Origin: an uncultured Pelagibacteraceae bacterium
Lineage (GTDB): Bacteria > Pseudomonadota > Alphaproteobacteria > Pelagibacterales > Pelagibacteraceae
DNA: 64,000 nt
Assembly: GCA_902566785.1 (NCBI GenBank)
Contig: CACFKI010000004.1
Span: 705 to 64,704 of the forward strand
Reading direction: 5' to 3'
This document shows positions 54,691-64,000 of the stretch, in pieces (the first letter of the stretch is position 1; the number at the start of each line of letters is the position of its first letter). The notes under the pieces were generated by a model. It was given only the letters and a program-made list of their open reading frames with translations. It was not told where the DNA came from and did not search any database. A program made the position numbers and the translations under genes.

Positions 54691-55221
54691 TCAAATTTTT
54701 CTTAATTTTGAAGATGAAATATTAACTTTTTTAAAATTTATAAATTTTAACCCCTTATTTTTAAGTTTCTTAAAAGCTAACGAATTAAGTGATTTTGATT
54801 TATAATTAGTCCTATCAAATACTAATATATTACATTTTGATGAAATAGACTTCCATTTGTGCCATTTGTGAAATGAAATTAAGCTATCAGCACCCATTAA
54901 ATAATATAATTTATAATTATTATATTTTTGTTTGATAAAATTTATTAAATCAATAGTCTTATTAGAATTTATTTTATCTTCATAAAATCTAACTGAAATA
55001 TATTTTTTTTTATAGGTTAAATTTTTAGCTAACAAAATTCTTTTTTTTAATGTAAATAAACTTTTTTTTTTAAAAGGATTTTTTTTGGTAACAGCCCAAA
55101 TTATAGAATTTATTTTGTACTTTTTTTTTGCCTCTATTGAAATTTGCAAATGTCCTTTATGAGGTGGATCAAATGTTCCTCCAAGAATTCCTATTTTTTT
55201 TTTATTTCCTAATTTGACCAT
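54691..55221 (-). CDS. nadD: Nicotinate-nucleotide adenylyltransferase
   Basis: GGTFDPPHKGH, MGADS, ISSSKLR. Confidence 0.92.
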   Translation of the reverse strand: MVKLGNKKKIGILGGTFDPPHKGHLQISIEAKKKYKINSIIWAVTKKNPFKKKSLFTLKKRILLAKNLTYKKKYISVRFYEDKINSNKTIDLINFIKQKYNNYKLYYLMGADSLISFHKWHKWKSISSKCNILVFDRTNYKSKSLNSLAFKKLKNKGLKFINFKKVNISSSKLRKI

Positions 55222-56449
55222 TTCCTAAAACTGCATATTTAAATGAAGTTAATTGTTTTAATCCAACAGGACCCCTGGGTGGCAAAGTATTTGTAGAAAT
55301 ACCTACTTCTCCACCAAAACCAAATTCACCACCGTCCGCAAATTGAGTTGAGGTATTATGCATAGCTATTGAACTTTTAATATTTTTTATAAAATACTCC
55401 GCATTTTTTTTATTATTAGTTATAATACTATCTGTGTGCATAGTTCCAAACTTGTTAATATGATTTATAGCATCATCAATATTATTTACTGTTTTTACTG
55501 AAACTTTTGAGGATAAGTGTTCAGTAGACCAGGTTTTTTCATTAGATTTTTTTGATAATCCATTAAAGTGTTTCCTAATATTTAAATCTGCAATTATCTC
55601 ACAATTATTTTCAGATAATTTTTTTAAAACTGGATTGCAAAATTTCTTAATAATTTTTTTGTGAATTAAAACAGTCTCTGTAGCTCCACAAATACTAGTA
55701 TTTCTTAATTTAGCATTATAAACTACATCAATAGCCATTTTTAAGTCAGCATCCTTATCAATATAAGTATGACAAATTCCTTCTAGATGTCCAATTATTG
55801 GAACTTTGGAAAAATTTTGCACTTTTCTTACAAGGTTCTTTCCTCCTCTTGGAATAATTACATCTATAAAATTCTGCATATTTGAAAGCATATAGTCTAC
55901 CGATTTTCGGTTTTTATTATTAATTATTTGGACGAAGTTTTGATTTACTTTATTTAATTTTAGAGATTTTCTAAATAAATTTGTGATAACTAAATTTGAA
56001 TTAGTTGCCTCGGATCCACCACGTAAAATAACAACATTTCCTGATTTAAAGCATAAGCTTGAAACATCAGATGTAACATTTGGTCTACTTTCGTAAATTA
56101 CACCTATTACACCAATCGGTGTTGAAATTTTTTTAATCAATAATCCATTTGGTCTTTTCCATTTTTCAATTACTTTATTCGTAGGATCTTCTAATTTTTT
56201 TATATTATATATGGATTGTTGAATATCCTCAATTTTGACTTTATCTAATCTTAATCTATTGATTAAATTTTCTGGAATATTTTTTTTCATAGCAAATTTA
56301 ATATCTTTGTTGTTTGCAAAAAAAATTTTATTTTTATTTTTTTCAATCAATAATAAAAATTTTTCTAAAACCTTATTTTTAGTTTTATTATCAATTTTTA
56401 TTTGGGCAGCTTTTTTTGCGTTATTTCCAATTCGTAATAAGTTTTTCAT
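55202..56449 (-). CDS. proA: Gamma-glutamyl phosphate reductase
   Basis: GVIYESRPNV, IPRGG, SICGATE, FADGGEFGFG.EVGIST, RGPVGL. Confidence 0.96.
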   Translation of the reverse strand: MKNLLRIGNNAKKAAQIKIDNKTKNKVLEKFLLLIEKNKNKIFFANNKDIKFAMKKNIPENLINRLRLDKVKIEDIQQSIYNIKKLEDPTNKVIEKWKRPNGLLIKKISTPIGVIGVIYESRPNVTSDVSSLCFKSGNVVILRGGSEATNSNLVITNLFRKSLKLNKVNQNFVQIINNKNRKSVDYMLSNMQNFIDVIIPRGGKNLVRKVQNFSKVPIIGHLEGICHTYIDKDADLKMAIDVVYNAKLRNTSICGATETVLIHKKIIKKFCNPVLKKLSENNCEIIADLNIRKHFNGLSKKSNEKTWSTEHLSSKVSVKTVNNIDDAINHINKFGTMHTDSIITNNKKNAEYFIKNIKSSIAMHNTSTQFADGGEFGFGGEVGISTNTLPPRGPVGLKQLTSFKYAVLGNGQIRK

Positions 56450-56452
56450 AAA

Positions 56453-58550
<2,098 letters not shown>

Positions 58551-58564
58551 TTAAGTTGTATTTA

Positions 58565-58819
58565 TTAATTGGGTTTTACAGAAACAAATGTTCTATCTGA
58601 TTTTGTTTTTTTAAACTCAACTTTGCCTTCAATTTTTGCAAATATTGAGTGGTCTTTTCCTATTCCAACATGCTCACCTGGAAAAATTTTAGTCCCTCTT
58701 TGTCTAACAATTATGTTACCAGGTATTACGTGCTGTCCTCCATATTTTTTTACTCCCAATCTTCTTCCAGCACTATCTCGTCCGTTCCTGGATGATCCAC
58801 CTGCTTTTTTTGTTGCCAT
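58565..58819 (-). CDS. rpmA: 50S ribosomal protein L27
   Basis: [25 protein letters not shown]. Confidence 0.98.
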   Translation of the reverse strand: MATKKAGGSSRNGRDSAGRRLGVKKYGGQHVIPGNIIVRQRGTKIFPGEHVGIGKDHSIFAKIEGKVEFKKTKSDRTFVSVKPN

Positions 58820-58823
58820 AAAT

Positions 58824-59216
58824 TTACTTAGATTCCTGTTTAATTTTTTTTATTTCTTTTTTTTCTACTTTTTTTGTTTCAGATAGTAAAGTACCATCTT
58901 TATCAAATATCTTATTTATTTTAATTAATGAATATTGTTGTCTGTGTCCATTTTTTCTCCTGGAATTTTGTCTTCTTCTTTTTTTGAAAATTAAAATGGT
59001 TCTGTTTTTACTATTTTTTACAATCTCAGCCTCAACTTTTGCCCCTTTGACAAATGGTGATCCAATTTCCATATTTTTGTCATCGCCGTATGCAAGTATT
59101 TCATTGAATTCGATTTTAGCTTCAGCCTTGCTATCTTTAAGTCTCTCAATTTTTAACAAATCGCTAGCTTTAACTTTGTATTGTTTTCCACCTGTTTTAA
59201 TAACTGCAAATGACAT
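58824..59216 (-). CDS. rplU: 50S ribosomal protein L21 with short charged C-terminal tail
   Basis: [19 protein letters not shown]…GHRQ. Confidence 0.97.
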   Translation of the reverse strand: MSFAVIKTGGKQYKVKASDLLKIERLKDSKAEAKIEFNEILAYGDDKNMEIGSPFVKGAKVEAEIVKNSKNRTILIFKKRRRQNSRRKNGHRQQYSLIKINKIFDKDGTLLSETKKVEKKEIKKIKQESK

Positions 59217-59243
59217 TGTTATAATTTATTTTTTATTAGCAGC

Positions 59244-59271
59244 AATATAGTTGTAGTCTTTTTATAGTCAA
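59244..59271 (-). promoter_or_regulatory. Candidate sigma70 promoter for rplU-rpmA-obgE
   Basis: Minus strand TTGACT-N16-TATATT. Confidence 0.5.
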
Positions 59272-59281
59272 GCTCAATAAA

Positions 59282-59998
59282 CTAAAAATTATCCTTTAAA
59301 TCTCTTAATTTTGAAAATTCATCAATAGTTTTGGCTCTCAAAAAAATATTACATGCTATTTCATCCTCAATTGTCGACGGCACTGTTGGTATATTATTTT
59401 TAATTTTTTTATGAATTTCAGAAATTTTTTTTTTTAATTTATTATTATCTCTATCAAATTTAATACAAAATTCAGAATTTTTTAAAGTATATTCATGACC
59501 AAAATAGATTTTTGTTTCTTTAGGAAGTTCTTTAAGTTTTAATAATGAATTAAACATTTCTTCGTAAGTTCCTTCAAATATTCTTCCACAGCCTAGTGAA
59601 AAAAGTGTATCTCCTGTAAAAGCAATTTTTTCATTTTCAAAAAAAAAACATATATGTCCACTAGTATGCCCTGGTATATGAATAATTTTTGCCTTAAAAC
59701 TTTCAGCCTTCCATATTTGATTATTATCTACAGATATATCAACATCTGGTATTCGGTGTAAATCATTTTTAAAAGCGACTATTTTTAAATTGTATTTTTT
59801 TTTTATTTCTTTGTTTCCACCTATGTGATCATAATGATGATGAGTATTTAAGATATATTTTAAATTTAATTTATTTTTTTCAACAAAATTTATTATTGGA
59901 TCAGGTTCGCTGGGATCTACAACACATGCATTTTTATTTTTATCTATCAATATGTATGAAAAATTATCTTCTAAACATTTTATAGTTTCTACTAACAT
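59282..59998 (-). CDS. gloB: Hydroxyacylglutathione hydrolase (glyoxalase II)
   Basis: THHHYDHIGG, PGHT.GH, FTGDTLF..GCGR.FEG, GHEYT. Confidence 0.95.
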   Translation of the reverse strand: MLVETIKCLEDNFSYILIDKNKNACVVDPSEPDPIINFVEKNKLNLKYILNTHHHYDHIGGNKEIKKKYNLKIVAFKNDLHRIPDVDISVDNNQIWKAESFKAKIIHIPGHTSGHICFFFENEKIAFTGDTLFSLGCGRIFEGTYEEMFNSLLKLKELPKETKIYFGHEYTLKNSEFCIKFDRDNNKLKKKISEIHKKIKNNIPTVPSTIEDEIACNIFLRAKTIDEFSKLRDLKDNF

Positions 59999-59999
59999 A

Positions 60000-60554
60000 T
60001 TATTTTTCTATAGTAAAAATGCCTAATTCAGAAAATAAATTTTTATATCCTAAGTTAGAACTGTTTATTTTGATATCCCTCTTATTACAATAATTTTCAA
60101 AATCTTTTATTGAGCACATGTGTAAATTTGGAGTATTATACCATTCATTAGGTAAATTTTTCGTAATAGGCATAGTTCCTTTAAATAGCAAATGCAATCT
60201 AACTTTCCAAAAACCAAAATTAGGTATTGTTACAATAGCTTTTTTTCCAACTCTTAGCAGTTCATTTATTACATTCTCAGGATCCAAAAAGGCTTGGAGT
60301 GTTTGACTTAAGATAACGTAATCAAAAGATCTGTCTGGAAATTGTTTTAAATCTTTTTCAGCATCTCCCTCAATTACCGTAAGTCCTTTTTCAATACATT
60401 TTTGAACATTTTTTTTTGAAATTTCTATGCCCCTAATATCTTTTGTAATATTTTTATAAATATATTCCATTAATTCTCCATCTCCGCAGCCAACATCTAG
60501 AACTTTTGACTCTGATCCTATTAATTTTGCAATAATATTAAATTCTTTTTTCAT
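60000..60554 (-). CDS. metW: Methionine biosynthesis protein MetW (SAM-binding)
   Basis: VLDVGCGDG, FDYVILSQTLQA, IPNFG, WYNTPNLH; downstream of metX. Confidence 0.93.
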   Translation of the reverse strand: MKKEFNIIAKLIGSESKVLDVGCGDGELMEYIYKNITKDIRGIEISKKNVQKCIEKGLTVIEGDAEKDLKQFPDRSFDYVILSQTLQAFLDPENVINELLRVGKKAIVTIPNFGFWKVRLHLLFKGTMPITKNLPNEWYNTPNLHMCSIKDFENYCNKRDIKINSSNLGYKNLFSELGIFTIEK

Positions 60555-61671
60555 ATAATTTTTTATAGGAAGTATTTAAAAAATTTCTTACAGAACTTAA
60601 AAAATCAGGAACATCTAATAGAAATGAGTCATGACCTTTATCTGATTTAATTTCAACAAAGCCCACATTTTTTCCAATTGAGTTTAAAGCAATTACTATT
60701 TCTCTATTTTCTGCGGTTGGATACAACCAATCTGAGGTAAAAGATATTATAAAAAATTTGGTATTAGATTTTTCAAAAGCTTTAGATAAATTTCCATTAA
60801 ACTGTTTAGTTAAATCAAAATAATCCATAGCACGAGTTATGTATAAATAGCTATTTGCATCAAACCTATCAACAAATACTGATCCTTGATATCTTAAGTA
60901 ACTCTCAATTTGAAAATCAGCATCAAAGCTAAACTTAAGATCATCTCTCTCCTGAAGTTTTCTTCCAAATTTTTCTTGTAAACCTTTTTTTGACAAATAA
61001 GTAATATGTGCAGCCATCCTAGCTACCGATAATCCTTTCGCTGGTGATATATTTTTTTCTTCATAAAATCCATTTTGCCAATTGTTATCAGCCATAATTG
61101 ATTGTCTTCCTAATTCGTTAAGCGCTATGTTTTGTGCTGAATGACTAGCAGTACAGGCAATTGGAATAGCGGTATGTGATTTATCTGGATAGTTTGATAT
61201 AAATTGCAAAACTTGCATTCCACCCATTGATCCACCAATAACAGAAAATAGTTTTTTGATTTTTAAGTAATCAAGTAATTCATATTGTGCATTGACCATA
61301 TCGTTAATAGTTATTATAGGAAAATCTGTTCCAAATATTTTTTGATTTTTGGGATTAATGTTACTTGGACCATAAGAGCCCATACATCCACCCAAAACAT
61401 TTGCACATATAACAAAATATTTATTTGTATCAATTGCTTTTCCGGCACCAAGAGCATAATTCCACCATCCTTCTTTTTTAGTAACAGGATTAATATCAGC
61501 TGCAAACTGATCACCAGTTAGTGCATGAAAAACTAAAATTGCATTATCTTTTTTTTCATTTAACTTTCCATATGTTTCATAAGCAATTGGAAAATTTGAG
61601 ATAGACTTTCCACAATCTAGCTTAAGTGTTTTTTTAATTATTACTTTTTTTACCTTGTCTAATTTGTTCAT
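60538..61671 (-). CDS. metX: Homoserine O-acyltransferase MetX
   Basis: YETYG.LN, HALTG, NVLGGC.GS, GGSMGG, RFDANSY, GHDSFL. Confidence 0.95.
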   Translation of the reverse strand: MNKLDKVKKVIIKKTLKLDCGKSISNFPIAYETYGKLNEKKDNAILVFHALTGDQFAADINPVTKKEGWWNYALGAGKAIDTNKYFVICANVLGGCMGSYGPSNINPKNQKIFGTDFPIITINDMVNAQYELLDYLKIKKLFSVIGGSMGGMQVLQFISNYPDKSHTAIPIACTASHSAQNIALNELGRQSIMADNNWQNGFYEEKNISPAKGLSVARMAAHITYLSKKGLQEKFGRKLQERDDLKFSFDADFQIESYLRYQGSVFVDRFDANSYLYITRAMDYFDLTKQFNGNLSKAFEKSNTKFFIISFTSDWLYPTAENREIVIALNSIGKNVGFVEIKSDKGHDSFLLDVPDFLSSVRNFLNTSYKKLYEKRI

Positions 61672-61706
61672 TTTTTAATATTTTATGAATTGTGAGGTAA
61701 AAAAAA

Positions 61707-61757
61707 CTTTTTTAGCGGTTTTTTTATAGCGCTCGCAATTCAGTTAAATCAGCGCAA
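61707..61757 (-). ncRNA. SAM-II riboswitch upstream of metX
   Basis: Minus strand GCGCTGATTTAACTGAATTGCGAGCGCTATAAAAAAACCGCTAAAAAAG: P1 GCGCT/AGCGC with GATTTAAC and GCTAAA pseudoknot motifs, closely matching the known metX SAM-II sequence. Confidence 0.92.
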
Positions 61758-61761
61758 ATAT

Positions 61762-61790
61762 TATTTACAGGATACATGTATTTATGTCAA
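61762..61790 (-). promoter_or_regulatory. Candidate sigma70 promoter for the SAM-II/metX-metW transcript
   Basis: Minus strand TTGACA-N17-TAAATA; predicted start falls near the 5' end of riboswitch P1. Confidence 0.55.
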
Positions 61791-61864
61791 TTTCAAATAA
61801 TCTCACTTATTTTATGTAAATAATTAATTTTTTATCTATAAAGTAAAAAAAAATAAAAAAATTT

Positions 61865-62950
61865 ATGACAACTCTTAACTTTAGAAAAATTAAAACAATT
61901 ACTTACAAACCAGGCAAGTCTAAACTATTTAATACTATGAAGGCAATTAAGTTGTCAGCTAATGAATCGGCATTAGGAATGTCTTCAAAAGCTAAAAAAA
62001 TTTTGGGTAGTAATAAAATTAATATTTCAAAATATCCAGATGGAAAATCAACACAATTGAGAAAAGAAATATCTATAAAATTTAAAATTGATAAAGATAA
62101 AATTATTTGTGGATCAGGCTCAGATGAAATAATTCAACTGATATGTCAATTATTTCTAAAACCAAATGATGAAGTGGTAGTACCTCAATATAGTTTTTTG
62201 ATGTATAGAATTTATGCAAATATAGTTGGTGGTAAAGTTTTATTTGCCAAGGAAAAAAATTTAAAAATTTCTGTTAGTGAAATTTTAAAAAAAGTAACAA
62301 AAAAAACTAAAATCATATTTTTAGCAAACCCAAACAATCCAACAGGAACTTATATAGACAAAAATGAATTAATATCGTTAAGAAAAAAACTTAGAAACAA
62401 TATATTGTTAGTGATTGATGATGCCTATGATGAATATATGCTAGATAAAAATTACTCCTCAGGTTTAGAAATTTTTAAAAATAAAAACAACGTATTTGTT
62501 TTAAGGACATTTTCAAAAATTTATGGATTAGCATCTTTGAGAATTGGCTGGGGTTATGGAGATAGGAAAATTATAAAAGCTTTAAATCTTATTAAACCTC
62601 CATTCAACGTAAATAAAATTGCACAATTATGTGCAATAGAGGCTTTAAAGGATAACAATTTTATAAAGAAATCAGTAAAACATAATTATTTTTGGGCCAA
62701 AAAAATTAAAAAGGAATTAGAGAAATACAATATTAGCACAAATAACGTAAGTGCTAATTTTTTATTATTAAACTTTAATAAATGTAAGTTTTCTGCTGAA
62801 CAAGTTAATAGAAAACTTCAAAAAAATGGTTTAATTTTACGAGAGACAAAAATTTATGGAATAAAAAATAGTTTAAGAATTACAATTGGTAACATTAAGG
62901 AAAATAAATTTTTTTTAAATAAAATTAAAATTATCTTTAAAAATGTTTAA
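61865..62950 (+). CDS. hisC: Histidinol-phosphate aminotransferase
   Basis: KLSANES, GSGSDE, ANPNNPTG, D.AY.EY, RTFSKIYGLASLRIGW. Confidence 0.94.
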   Translation: MTTLNFRKIKTITYKPGKSKLFNTMKAIKLSANESALGMSSKAKKILGSNKINISKYPDGKSTQLRKEISIKFKIDKDKIICGSGSDEIIQLICQLFLKPNDEVVVPQYSFLMYRIYANIVGGKVLFAKEKNLKISVSEILKKVTKKTKIIFLANPNNPTGTYIDKNELISLRKKLRNNILLVIDDAYDEYMLDKNYSSGLEIFKNKNNVFVLRTFSKIYGLASLRIGWGYGDRKIIKALNLIKPPFNVNKIAQLCAIEALKDNNFIKKSVKHNYFWAKKIKKELEKYNISTNNVSANFLLLNFNKCKFSAEQVNRKLQKNGLILRETKIYGIKNSLRITIGNIKENKFFLNKIKIIFKNV

Positions 62951-63845
62951 TAAAATACTTATCATAGGATGCGGACTTATAGGTTCATCTATACTTAGGG
63001 CATCTTTAAATAAAAAAATTTCAAAGAAAATATATGTTCATGAAATTTCAAAAAAAAATATTTTAAAAATTAAAAAAATAAGTTCTAAACCAAAAATTTT
63101 AAAAAACTTAAATGATAATATTTCAGAAGTTGATTTAATAATTATATGCACCCCAATGAGTCAATATAAAAACATAATACCTAAACTTAACAAGTATTTA
63201 ACAAAAGACTCCATTATTACAGATGTAGGATCAACGAAGTCTAATGTTGACATGTTAATTAATAAGAAATTGAATAAATCTTTACACTGGATAATGAGCC
63301 ATCCAATTGCTGGATCTGAAGTTAGTGGTCCAGAATTTGGAAATAAAAACTTATTCAAAAATAAATGGTGCATAATTATTAAAAATAAAAATAGGATTAA
63401 ATTTAACAAAGTTGTTAAATTTTGGAAAAAAATTGGATCAAATATTGCTGTAATGGATAAAAATGAACATGATAAAATTTTTGCGATTACCAGTCATCTC
63501 CCGCATTTAATTGCGTATAATCTGATTAAAACAGCACAAGACTTTCAAAAGAAATATAAAAAAAACTTAGTAAAATTTAGCGCAGGAGGATTAAGAGATT
63601 TTTCTAGAACAGCAGCCTCCAACGAAATAATGTGGAAAGATATTTTTTTTAGTAATAAAAAAAATATGATTCAATCTATTAATTCATTTATAAAAAATCT
63701 AAATATATTTAAAAAAAATATAAATAGATTTGATGAAAAGAAACTTAAAAAAATATTAATTAACTCTAAAAAAGTAAGAAAACAGATTATTCATTTGAAA
63801 CAAGATGTATCCAAACCAGATTTTGGAAGAGAAAATTTTAAATAG
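62943..63845 (+). CDS. tyrA: Prephenate/arogenate (cyclohexadienyl) dehydrogenase
   Basis: IGCGLIGSS, TDVGSTK, SHPIAGSE, HD…A..SHLPH, GLRDFSR. Confidence 0.94.
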   Translation: MFNKILIIGCGLIGSSILRASLNKKISKKIYVHEISKKNILKIKKISSKPKILKNLNDNISEVDLIIICTPMSQYKNIIPKLNKYLTKDSIITDVGSTKSNVDMLINKKLNKSLHWIMSHPIAGSEVSGPEFGNKNLFKNKWCIIIKNKNRIKFNKVVKFWKKIGSNIAVMDKNEHDKIFAITSHLPHLIAYNLIKTAQDFQKKYKKNLVKFSAGGLRDFSRTAASNEIMWKDIFFSNKKNMIQSINSFIKNLNIFKKNINRFDEKKLKKILINSKKVRKQIIHLKQDVSKPDFGRENFK

Positions 63846-64000
63846 AAAAGACTTTTAAAACTTTTAAATTTGCAGTTTTTTCAATTAATTTAATTGTTTT
63901 ATATATTGGCATTATTAAAACTTTCTTTTTTGGACCATATGCGTGAATAAGAATTTTAGAATTAATACACAAAGCTACATGACCTTTCCAATAAATTAAA
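63838..64000 (-). CDS. NlpC/P60 family peptidase, 3' end only (gene continues beyond the window)
   Basis: Hand translation of the minus strand: LIYWKGHVALCINSKILIHAYGPKKKV…FSI*; WKGHVA…IHA fits the NlpC/P60 catalytic His motifs. Confidence 0.75.
   Translation of the reverse strand, partial: LIYWKGHVALCINSKILIHAYGPKKKVLIMPIYKTIKLIEKTANLKVLKVFSI

Overview
Very AT-rich, extremely compact alphaproteobacterial DNA. Gene content, gene order and tiny or overlapping intergenic gaps point to a SAR11/Pelagibacterales genome (inferred, not searched). In order: a 2-hydroxy/2-oxo-acid cluster with a TRAP transporter and amidase (1-11.7 kb); ftsY-dapF divergent from a structured ffh leader RNA; a same-strand run ffh-rpsP-trmD-rplS-leuCDB-dmdC-dmdB-hydrolase-dmdA-asd-sdhCDAB; an accessory catabolic block (IclR, mmsA, Fe-alcohol dehydrogenase, TRAP) between sdhB and mdh; mdh-sucCDAB-lpdA-priA-atpHAGDC; a minus-strand housekeeping block (rppH to metX, with a SAM-II riboswitch); hisC-tyrA; and a partial NlpC/P60 gene. 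I saw no mobile elements, CRISPR arrays, tRNA or rRNA. Most notable: (1) both canonical heme b axial histidines of the succinate dehydrogenase anchor are replaced (SdhC H->Q; SdhD has no His at all) while quinone-site residues are kept, suggesting a heme-free complex II; (2) a dddB/dddC-like Fe-ADH + MmsA + TRAP + IclR module with a candidate operator about 4 kb from the DMSP demethylation genes; (3) an alpha/beta hydrolase inside the dmd cluster that appears to start at a CUG codon; (4) a 58-aa membrane protein missed by the ORF track; (5) alternative pairings in the SAM-II, ffh and dctP leaders.
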